A stretch of DNA of 62,701 nt, the filler included, from Choristocarpus tenellus KU-1152 (lineage: Eukaryota > Protista > Phaeophyceae): the NCBI GenBank assembly GCA_964200185.2. It is 8 parts of 8 records of this genome, joined end to end, with 100 filler letters (N's around TTAATTAATTAA, not from the genome) between each part and the next. Parts side by side here need not be neighbours in the genome. Positions count along the whole stretch, not along the records: positions 51,622 to 56,368 come from CAXNAD020013226.1; positions 56,469 to 62,701 come from CAXNAD020008610.1; 6 more parts are not named here. The stretch is one strand, 5' to 3'. Shown piece after piece: positions 51,749 through 62,701 of this stretch. Made by a program: the position numbers and the translations under genes. Within the stretch, counting starts at the first letter, position 1, and the number at the start of each line of letters is the position of its first letter. Under the pieces are notes generated by a model. It worked only from the letters and a program-made list of their open reading frames with translations. It had not been told where the DNA came from and ran no database searches.

Positions 51749-52116
51749 ATACATACGCCATTATTAGCCCTAAGGAAATAAAATATCATAAACGTGAAAA
51801 CACTATAAAACACTGTAAATGTGAAACTTTTCTTATTGTACAGAAGTTACGTCTTCATGACCTTAATTTGTCTTTTTGGGTGACACATGTTCGAAAGTTT
51901 AATATATAATTATATGATCCAGTGTTCCAGTTTGTTTCTAACCCCTTCATTAAACCCTTTACCAATAATAATACAATTTTTCGGTTCCAGACCTGGGAAA
52001 TGTCAGAAGGCATCAATCAGTATACAGTGTATCACCAACCTCAACAACCTCCCAACCAAAGACAAGAACTACGTTTGCGGGCAAAGAGGATTATGCTGTG
52101 GTGGTTCTATCGACCA

Positions 52117-55100
52117 ATGAATGGCAATCATCTCCTGATCTGGCAATTAGTATGTGGCCTTTTTTTCGCGTGGCAATGTTTAGTGAATCGAGCCTCGTGT
52201 CAGTTTGTAGGAGAAGAAACGGCCCAGCCAATTTCTTCTCATACCCCATCTGCAACAAGAATAGAAGCGAAAGCGGTCCATCCTAATGGTCCCCCTCTTA
52301 GAACATTGGGGACGACGGGTTGCCCTGCGCAGGAGCTAGGTTTTCTGTGGATGACGGGAGCTGATGCAGACAACGGACCCTGCGGGAAGCAGGAGCTGCA
52401 GGCTTACCGAAATCGAACTGTAGGTCATGAATCTTTGTCGATGTCTGCACCTCGCCACAAATCTTGACATCTCCTCCCCACTCTCTTTATTCGATGTATT
52501 GCCGTTAAAAAAAAATGTTGCACTCCCAAGATCAAGGACATTTCTTTCGTTTGGAGCCACCAAGCACCTCATGCATTCATTTTTTTGGCTTGTTTATTCA
52601 ATCGCATTGACTGTGGGCTGTATGTGATGAACGGAAATGCTGCAGACTCCAGTTGCTGTAGCTGCTGGGCATTGTAGAGGCCATTGCAAGTCATCCGTCA
52701 ACATTGAACATTAATTTGTTCCTAACGCGTTGCCAATATATCAAGGCAGGCAAGAGGAAGTACGATCCTGTTTTGAGCTGCAGACATAATTAATGAGGTA
52801 AATTAATAAGAGGTCTATGCCTTTCTCGATGTAACCCTTTACACCTCATCCCTTTCGGTACTCAACGACGCCATTTTTACGCACCCCATATGGTTTATTT
52901 ATCTCCGTAAGTTTGAGTGTATCAGTGTCCTGCTGTACTCTTGTTCGTATGCTTGCTCTTGATAGGCAGCGTCATCCTTAACACACGATGCCCGCAACAC
53001 TCCTCTTACAAAACTCAATTGCCTCGTTTTACGAAATGAAACTAAACGTGAAGGATGTCCACTTTCTCGGACTTGGAGTGCAAAAGGGAGGCACGTCCAC
53101 CCTCTTTCAGAGACTTTTCTCACACCCTCGGGTGATAATGGCAACCCCCAAAGAGGTATGTTTGACGATCACATTAGTAGCTAATTGCACGTGTGGGGGC
53201 AAATATTCATGGGCTAGGTAGGAAGACGAAATACAATTGAGCGGTAGTAAGCTTGAATATGAGCGTATACGAGAGAGACGAATGGCTTCCTGCCTGTGCT
53301 GGGAGATATGTGTATGTAATTTGAAAATTTGCTTCTGCATGGTTGAGGAAAGTCGAGAGGACAACGGCATGCCTTCTTTCATTTCCTATTTGTATTTTTC
53401 TCTGCTCCTATCTCATCCTTTGTATGTTATCCCTGGCCTATCATAGTACTTCCATCCATTATTCCCCTGGTTGGCCTTGCGTACCCACAGCGCATAGCCC
53501 CAACTAATGTTGATTTTCTGGGACAAGACGCCGTTTTAAAATATTCATCACATGTCCACTGTCAAACACAGCTTGGTCTCTTCAGTGTAAGAGGCCATAT
53601 TAAAGTATGATGTATCCCTCTTCTCCCCCAAGCCAACTGGTCGCTCTTGTGAAGTGAAAGCGAGTAAAATTGGAGGTATTATGCACTAAATGAACATCTC
53701 CATCAACAACATCCCTGACTCTTCCCTTGCAAAGTGAAAAAAGGCCCAAATGTAATGAGCTCTAGATTATTCCCTGCAAGATTTGTTGAGCCCATCATGG
53801 AGTCCATCGTACTCTGTCAAAAGGTCCAACATAAGATTAACTGAACTCCCGCGTAAATGTTCCTTGACATACTGTCTACAAAGACAATGTACTTCCTTCA
53901 TGCTGATGTTGGCAAGGAGGAACCTTCTGAGGCAAAGAAGGATTACTTAACAACATTCTGGGGCACAACTCAAGAGATGGATGTGGTGAGAAAGTGGAAA
54001 GGAAGAGCTCTGGTAGGAAAATGTTTCTTGCAATCAAATTACAGGAGTACGTTGACTGTTCTTCTTCAAGAGCAGTGGTTGTGACAGGAAGACTTTTTTC
54101 AGGCGAACAAAGTCATCGATAGCACTAGAATTGGGCAAGGGGCAGATGGAAACAAACTTGATTAGAAACAATAGGTTGTGCTGTCTTACTTTCTGAAATC
54201 CAATAGGAATTTATGTAGTCCCCCCCTTCCCCCACACCATCCTGTACCTTTAGGGAATTAGAAGAGGTGAAGTAACCCCTGAGTACCAGGCATGGCCAGT
54301 AACTCCTCCTTTGGTCCTACGAGTTTTGGGGAGTCCTCTCCGTTTCATATCGATTCTTCGGGAGCCTGTTGCCAGGGCCTACAGTTTCTACCAGATGCAC
54401 AAGCGACTGAGGAAAAAAAGTAAACTGATAAGGAAAAAGAAAAAGATTCGGGAGACCTTTGAGCTCACTATTGAGAAGGAATTCATGCTGCTGCAGGAGT
54501 GCATATCAGGAGCAAGGGGAAAGATTTCGCAAACGCAGGGAATGGAATTGAATAGGACAGTAAATGTGGGGAAGGGGTTTGGGGAGAAGGAGTGGAGAGG
54601 GGAGGGAAGTGTTATGGGTTTGACAGATGTGCTGGAGAGTCAACCTGGTGCGCAATGGGGGGAGGAGGATATGAGCTGGTATCGAGACTGTTACCTGCCT
54701 AGGTGAGGGGGGTACATAGGATCAATGGTATGGTTAGTGCCTCTAATGCAAATGAAAAAATAGCCCTAGGGCAGGGGAGAGGAGTTAAGGGGTATAATCT
54801 ATAATGTGATAATGGGAGGAGAGCATGAGATGGAAGATGTGCCACGATAGAGAGATGCATTAGTGAGGAGGTGTGATGCCCAGAAACATCCTCTAGGTTG
54901 GTTTCAGATGGGGGACACCTCTCTCAGTGGAGGGTCTTGCCCTGTTGCAACTGGTTCACAAGTCATTCCTGTGTTGTACATTTTGATTGTATCATCTGGC
55001 TTTGTCAAGGTCTCTTCTTTTGTTTGTGAAACTTGTTGTCTTCAATCCACAACAAGTTCAGCTTCATTGATATCATGGAATGCATGGTGTTGATTGCTGA

Positions 55101-55759
55101 TAGCCCCCAAAGAAGATTCACAAGGGGATGCTTGTAGAGCGAGACACCTTATTATTGTATTGATGCTTGTGCAATGCAGCACTGTTCTCTGAGCAATGTA
55201 TTCACAAAATAGTCGATTTAACCATCTCTCGAAAAGATTTTATTTGCCACAGTCACTTGGGTACGTAATCATAATGCATACAGCATTAACCTGAAAAAAT
55301 TGCTCGTGACGAGTTAGTCCTATGAAGTGTGTGGGGTGCTGCACATGACACCCTTCTTTGACACAGAGTAGACACAGCAGGTTGCAGCTCCTAAAAGCAA
55401 TTCTATTTTCCTATCCATTCCTAGCAACTGTTCACGTTAGTACAACCTTAGTGGGTTCTACCACCATCTGTCCTCTGCTCTATTCCTTCTGTCCACCTGT
55501 CTATTTACACGCTCAATTTCTTCCTCTCCCAGCACCAGGGTCTTCTCCAACCACGATCATTACGCCTCCTTGATCATCCTTCTCCTCTTCTAATCTCTGC
55601 CCTTTTTTTGAATTGGAAAATCCGTCCTCGCCTGAATTGTTGCATTGCGACTCTCCTCGGGATAGGTTCCCTAATGAAGGATCTGTGAAGCCAGGAAAAG
55701 GCACTGTGGGCCCCCTAGGCTACGGCTTCTATTTCCTGCATCTTTACCACTGGTTTCAG
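52117..55759 (+). CDS. Sulfotransferase, heparan-sulfate 3-O/N-sulfotransferase-like (Sulfotransfer_1/3), 3'-partial
   Basis: Exons 52117-52419 (signal/anchor), 53054-53155, 53884-53985, 54254-54702, 55666-55759. Motifs FLGLGVQKGGTSTL...HP...PKE, GEVTPEY, ILREPVARAYSFY, GFYFLHLYHWFQ. The exon 1/2 junction is less certain. Confidence 0.88.
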
Positions 55760-58700
55760 GTTTGCTTTTTCCCCCACTTGAAAGAGGCACTTACGTCGAG
55801 GTTGTATGCAGGTTTCACGCCCCACGTGGTTTTGAAGTTTGTATTCCCCGACCGACGCGGCATTTCTCCTCTCTACATACAATAGAACTTACTTATAGAA
55901 TCGAACTTTTTTATGACGTCCATCACGATGAGGTGATAGTAGTTGGTGTGGAACTTTTCTTAGGTAGTAGTCAACGATACAGAGATCAGTGTTCTTATTG
56001 GTTGGGTTTCCTAGAATATTGTCAGGGGGATTTTTATTCACTATTTTCGATGTGTTCCCCTTACATACATAAATACATACATACATACAGAAAACAAAGT
56101 TTTCAGAAAAAGTATCGATAGATCGCATGGAGGGAACCTTCAAGGCTCCTTTTGCAACAAACCGCACCTCAATTGTGGGTGTGGTTGCTGATAGAGGCGA
56201 CGTTGAAAATGGACAACTCCAGGAAGTTGTGTAGGCGACCAGGAGGCGGTGCATGAAACAGATCAAAGACGGATAAAGCTAATAAAGCCTACAAGAACAA
56301 ACGTTGCATCACCAGCACACGTAAAGCACTTGCGGTTCAAGATGCTAGACGGACGGACGGATGGGGGGNNNNNNNNNNNNNNNNNNNNNNNNNNNNNNNN
56401 NNNNNNNNNNNNTTAATTAATTAANNNNNNNNNNNNNNNNNNNNNNNNNNNNNNNNNNNNNNNNNNNNACGCCGACCCCCCCCCCCCCAAGATACTTTGA
56501 CCCCCTTCCCCCCCCCCACCCCCTGCAATGCAATCTGGAGTACAATACCAAGATTGCTCTCTCAAGGGACTTAAGAACTCGGATGTGGATATGGATGCAT
56601 GACCATGCCACTGTGTCCTTGTTTGTTTTGGAGAGGCATCCCGCCTCCTACTCCGAGCAGATTCTGTTGCAAGTAGATGTGATTAAGAGGTACATACTGA
56701 CCATGCCATTTAACGTGATATGGGACAGTCCTATTTCTCATTCTTATCTTTTTCTGTGAGTCAGACAGTCATGTACCACTTCTTCCACATCACTATACAA
56801 CAAAGCGACTCTTTCGTAGATTTTTGTAATTGCTGTTCTTGTTTGGTGAGTAGGCTGTGATGAATGAAGTGTTTTGTAAGGCGAGTATCTATCTGGTTGT
56901 ATCTGGTTTGGTGGTGTGTGTGTGTGTGTTTTTTTGTTTTGTTTTTTTTCTAGGGCGGTCCAACGTTACTACAAGTTCATCTTTTTCTTTTTTCTTTTGT
57001 AGTTTACTCCGAGGCAGTCCATCTCTTGCGCAGACGTAGAGATATTTGATCATATTTTCCTGATGACAAGTAGATACGCTTGAACAAACTGATGCCAATT
57101 CAATCTATAGTTTGATGGCTATGCCTAGACTGATGATGTAAATTTCCCCAGCCCATCTCTGTACTGCAGCACCTCCAAAGTACCACAAAGTGTAAATGGT
57201 GCAACACATGAGTTTTTGCAGCCATGCAAGTACTGGTCTGCCTCTTACCGCAATGCATCTAAAGTATCACAAAAGCGTCTGTCATTGGTACTTGTGCAGC
57301 CATCCAAGTACCACTGTTCGTTATGCTTTTGGTTAGTGCCCAGACACCCAAAAGTGTTGTCCATCGTGGTATAATAGATAATGCTGTTTGTTTCCTCGTG
57401 GTGGCATTGAATACTGTTCAGAATGCGAAATCGTCTCTTACAGTGTATTTTTGGAGAAGAATCGGAAACCTTTGGGCATTGTCCTAAAACTAGGAAGTGA
57501 CCTAACTTTGTCCAAATTTGGAGAGGGGATGTGAAGCATCTGGTGTCGTGAATGGTGAATTTGAGGTAATTTTACAAATCAATGCATGATACAAGACCGG
57601 TAATAAGGTGAAACATCAGCAGGGTTCCGTAACATATAGATACAGCAATAACTCAGCATTTCAACATGTTGTTGGCGTCACAAGTTGAAAAATATACACA
57701 CCTGGCTATTCCAGAAGTATAAACTACAATGCAAAAATATGAAAATAATAGAGAAGAAATGAAGTAACAGTAGTATAGGTCGGAAAAGAGGTGATTTTTC
57801 TCAAGAGAGTGTCCTGTCCAGATGTTTAAAGTATGTATGGAGTACTTTTCTATGTACGGTTCTACAATATATATCTATATATGTATATATATCTATATAT
57901 TGTATTTTATTATTATGCCCTCTGACATTTTGCAGATGTGTCAGGGGGGAAACCAATGAAAATATATTGTATTGATTTGTTCACGTTAATCTCAAGGAGT
58001 CCACAAATCCAGGTCGAAAGGTACTCAGAGAAAACCAACACATTTCCTTTGGAAGATACGAAGACATCGTAACTGAACCAATGCTTTAAAATAACCAGCA
58101 AAATGAGAAAATAGAAAAAGACATTTATTTCAGGCGTAAGTGTGAGGGGAAATGAACTGGAACTCAATGGATGCAGCGTGTGGGAAGAATATATATATGG
58201 TGGCGAGAGTGAAGCTTCATAATATATAGTACTGGACCTGACAAGGTGCCCCATATCACAAGAACATGTACCGGAACCTCAAGTACATACTGAATACAGC
58301 ATATTATACTAGGTCAAACTATTCGGAGTACAAGAAATCGTAAGCGGTACCACTATAAACTATCAGAGTAATATTATTAAAGGAAGAAACAAGTCCAATG
58401 CATAATGTCACATAATCTTCTTCAAAGATACATACATACCAGTGAAGCATCGACCTAGTCAGTAGGTGGGAGAGCATCAACAACAAGCAGTACATGTAGC
58501 CGTTAGATGTAATTCTGTCCGACACCAGGAAGTGTTTACCAAGTGCAAGGAGACGTTATAAAATACAAAAACGGACAGTGGAGGCTGAGGTCAAAGGGGG
58601 CGGCGGAGGGAGGAGGGGAGCTGTAATGTGGTGGCCTGATACACAGATCTTTTGATGTGAGGTTGATGAACATTGTGATCCCTAAGACTCCTGAGCACTT

Positions 58701-60302
58701 CAGCCCAGAGCTACGGGAAATCTGATCAAATATATGTGTAGCAAGGGTGGTCAACCAGGAATGGACAACGAAGCCATCGTACAGGAAAGAAATTGCACCA
58801 TCTCTGTGGCAGAAAGAGTCAAATCAATTGAGAGGTAGGCAGAGTTGCATTTTAGGGATCCCGAGAAGGGTAAAAAGGCATCGTTTTGTACAATTCCAGA
58901 AACGTCCTCTGCTTAATTGTGGTGTCAATTAGTTTGTGGAAAGGGGGGAACATAATTTTTGTGTACACTCTTGTGCATCTTAAGCGGTGGAATAGGGTGG
59001 ATTGCATAGGGTAAGAAAGATGGCTTAGAATACAGAAGGGTCCAAACATGCCTACCTCTTTGGTCGTTTCGCTCAAACAAGGATTTTATTAATTGGAGGC
59101 TAGCCCTTCAGAGTCATCCTATCTTAGCGAGGCGTTCCAATCGTAGAGAGGGGGTCCGGTCTTAGAGAGGGTCTATTTTCTAGACCCTTTGGGTGTTTAG
59201 AGCTTGTTCAACCTCCTGGTTGACAACCCATTCCCATCCCTAAAATGTAGATATCCCCATTTATGATGCTCTGGTGGTAGAAGCAAGACGAACATTCAGC
59301 TACATCACCGCAAAGTCGTCCTCCATAGTGCTAGAAGCCCACTACTCGTGCCAGAAGGCAGTCACAGGGGCCCAGGATACTCAACAACACCCTCCTCTTA
59401 GTAAGAATGGCTCATCCTGTTGTCGTATCTGCCACCAATACTCCACTGCTCCTACAAATATATATTAGTACAGCAATAACAAGACTATGCAGTGGCAACC
59501 AGGTCGAGAAGACAATCGTGCCATACAACACCATTCGGGGGAGCTATGGGTTCTGTTTCCTCAGGGGGACGGAAAGAGAATGCCTTTATACATAGCCTTT
59601 TAGACATATCAAACAGATTATGCCTTGACCTTTCATTGCAATCAGCAGACCAACACTTTATTTTGGGGGGGGATAAGGGCTAGGATCACAAGGAGGAAGA
59701 GAGGGGGAGGGGGGAACGTATGAATAGGCATAAAAAAATATCCACCTCTCTGCTGTCCAATTCATCCCAAATATGTGGGGAAGTGTTAAAGTAACCTACA
59801 AGACACCATCATTTCCCCAAACGGACAGTTCAGCAGTCCTGGCATTTATGCTCTTCACTTTTCAGTTGTACCCCTTTTGTTGGACACGATGGTGGCCAAC
59901 TGGGCTGGCGTTTATATCGAAACGACAGATCAGAAACGTAGTAGTCTTACGTCTTTGGTGCGGGTAGGTTTCCTGTATTATTGTTGTAGGAGGTGTTGGT
60001 TCTGTTGGTTATATCTTCAATGGTGTTTTCAACAGGTATTCGTTGGCGTTTTTATGGTGGTATGATCTGCGCTTCTTTTTCTTGAGAAGGCAACAAAGTG
60101 TTTTCGTTCATCTTTGCCTTGTCACAGACAGAGCAAAACAAGCAGTGAGAAGCACTCAGGAGGGTAAAGGGAAAGGATCGTGATTCGTCATAGTAGCCGT
60201 ACCCTCTTTCCTTCGAGAAAGTCCATCTGCCTGTGACCGGTCGTTTGTAATTGGTTGAGTTGTCTCAGTCCAAAGGTTGCATCTAGGTTGTTTGAGTGAG
60301 AT

Positions 60303-62037
60303 ATGGAGGAGGCCAAGGCAGAGCCAGCAGGTGGACAAGGGGGAAAGGTTGAAAAAAATACGAACGTCGATGGGTTGGGGATCGAAGATGATGACGAGGA
60401 AGAGGTGAGAGGGTCAATCGCTTCGCAATCCCTCCTAGCATTGCAAAAACATCATGCAGGCATGTCTTAGTACCCAAGATGCTCGGGATGCGGAATTGAG
60501 AGATAAAATGTGCTCTTGGATTTCTTTCAATAGTTCGAAGAACAAAAGCCATGCATATACGATGCTGTTTTAGGTCTTGCCACGTGGAAGAAGAGCAGGA
60601 ACAACTCGTCTGAGCACAATCTACCTATTTGCAAATCGTTGTGTAGGTTCGTAGTTAGCATTAGGATGGACATCCTTTGAGAGGTTTTGGTGAACCAGAG
60701 GCCTGGGTCGCTGATCCATGTATGTCCATGTCGTGCATTGAAACTCGGAGATCGTTTGCAACATCGGGTTTGACCACTTCAGAGTAGAATGGAGCCCTAG
60801 AAGCGGTAGGTTGGCTCTCAACCTCGAGATCCAATGCTATGGTGGGCGTACTGGAAATTGTGAGGATTTTAAAGTGACGATTTCTTCACCATGACTATCT
60901 TGGATGAATCCATACATAGGATATGCTCCTCGGGGATTTTGGTCGTGTGTCATTCAAAGTCATCCGCTACTCAGTTCGTCAGATCTTTAGGGAGTCAGCG
61001 AGCATCCGACGCCATCATTTGCGAGTTTAGTTCTATCCGCAAAGGCAACTACTCGCTTAATCCGTAAGGTTCCTAATCTGCTTGTTCGTGAGCATAAAGA
61101 CCTGATACACATTGGACCAGCGCAGGCATTACATGACTGCGTGTACGCATCGCAACAGCACAGTCTTATGTTGGGATCCCCATCAGGTGCCCCTTGGAAC
61201 CGATCAATGCTGTTTTCATGTTGTCATCATTTCCCCATGCAAGTCAGCAGCAGGCCTTGCAAAGTTTGTGTCCCTGTTTCAGTCTTGCTTGGTTGTGGTT
61301 AAACCAATGAGCTTTCTGTGGCAGAACACCTAATGGTGTGATCCTCTTCACTCATTTCGCTTGGGATTTTTTCTCCTGAATATTGTTGGCCACAACCGTG
61401 AAAGAGTGCAGTAGAGACATTCCTGTTTTGATTATGCCTATTCAACATACATGTTTATGTTCAGTGTGTACTAGATTTGTGAAAACAAGCATTCTTTAGC
61501 AATGAGACACGAAAAATGTGAGGCACTTGACTTTTCAGTCCTCCTGTTTTTTGATACAACATCGCTCGCTCTTGCCATCACATGAGAATGATACGTTCGA
61601 CCCCGACAAATTGCAGTCTTTTGCTGTTGTTTGTGTTGGCGTGGCTGGGGTTAGGGTCATGCGGAGAAGAAAGCCACCAACATCTTCAAACAATTAGAGT
61701 GGATTAAAACACAACACACCAAAGTTGTGCGAAACAATTGTCACTGAAAACTAATGCATATCACTAACCTCAACTTTTAACACGCATAACTGACAAACGG
61801 AATTTGTAGGTAAAGGAAATGGTCCCAGACATGGAGCTGGCCCAGCAGTCTTGGGTCGCTGTCAGCATGGGAAAAGCAGAGGTAGTCACTGAGGTCCTGT
61901 CGACCGTGAAGGAACGTAATATGGCTCCATGGTACGCACACCTTTGCCAGCACCACCCCAGCCTCTTCAAGATGGATGACAACTTGTTGGCATCTATGAA
62001 GGCAGCAAATGAAACAGAAACCCAACACATTGCTGAG
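60303..62037 (+). CDS. RPN7: 26S proteasome lid subunit RPN7/PSMD6, 5' part
   Basis: Exons 60303-60404 (MEEAKAEP...EDDDEEE) and 61810-62037 (PDMELAQ...NMAPWY.HLC...D.NLLASMKAANE), phase 0 join; matches the PSMD6 N-terminal pattern PDL..AQ / NMAPYY..LC / MK.ANE. Confidence 0.85.
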
Positions 62038-62701
62038 GTGTGTGTGTGTGTGTGTGTGCATTGTAACCCTAACCCCATGGATTTACACCTCTGTTATGCA
62101 GTTTTTATGGCACTTGATATTGAAGAGTGAGTGACTGGGGATTTCCTCGTGTTTGAAGCTCATCCATGTAGTTGGGGTATGGTTGTGCTTCCCCTGGTGG
62201 AGCGTGGACAAAGCTGTTCTTTGGCCACACAATGGGGGCTACAGAGGTTCAGTCTTCAGTGTGTGCAATCTCTTGAGTCTTCTTCGTTTCATGTTAGGTT
62301 TTCTCGGTGGGTTGTTCAGTGAGTTAATGATTGTTTTTTCTTAATGATGTATGTCAGCCGACTGTCTGCAAGAGGAATTTTGAGCACATTGCAAGTGTGG
62401 AAATGAATATAATCTGGTACACTATACTAGGTACGCTCACATGCACCTCCATGTACCAAAATTTGAAGAAGTATGAGGTAGTCTTTTCAAGAACATAATT
62501 TTCGTGCGATCTCTTCAATTCTTGTGAATATAATTGTACGATTTTGTTCGTTTCTTACTTTTGCATGTCGTTTTTTGCAGTATGTGAGTCCAACCAGAAA
62601 ATATCATACCTCAGCTGTTTTGATATACCTGTCCTCCCAATAAACTCACGAAAAGATCCCCACCAGACCGCCTCTACAACCCCAAATCTCTACAACACCC
62701 C

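Noticed and set aside
7736-55759. Two sulfotransferases as a polysaccharide biosynthesis cluster
   Set aside because: They are on different contigs joined artificially
1-56503. Repeated AAAGTATCT motif as a CRISPR array or telomere-addition signal
   Set aside because: Dispersed, in inverted pairs, with no regular spacers, no cas genes and no telomere repeats appended at those ends

Overview
This is eukaryotic nuclear DNA, not prokaryotic. The window is an artificial concatenation of 8 contigs joined by seven 100-nt linkers (44 N + TTAATTAATTAA + 44 N), so adjacency across linkers has no biological meaning. The genes are intron-rich, so the ORF track shows only exon fragments; I rebuilt models by hand from splice sites and phase compatibility. 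Well-supported genes: UBC12 (NEDD8 E2), a plastid-targeted parvulin PPIase, MAP65/Ase1/PRC1 (15 exons), CDKC-type kinase (11 exons), RPN7/PSMD6 (5' part) and two different carbohydrate-type sulfotransferases. Also present: an AGC-like kinase fragment with a frameshift, a KHA/ubiquitin-like-domain gene fragment and an unknown multi-exon gene fragment. The signal-peptide plus Phe transit motif, the sulfotransferases and the intron density suggest a photosynthetic stramenopile, probably a brown alga or relative (inference). Intergenic DNA holds decayed Copia and RTE-LINE pieces. The most notable unexplained structure is a family of short non-coding elements, with at least 13 copies or ends in three or more subfamilies. 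They are bounded by inverted arms AAAGTATCT-G(n) ... C(n)-AGATACTTT with a GACCC-like pentamer on the same strand outside both arms and no consistent TSD. This architecture resembles non-autonomous tyrosine-recombinase (Crypton-like) elements more than ordinary MITEs, and the elements sit at about half of the contig ends.
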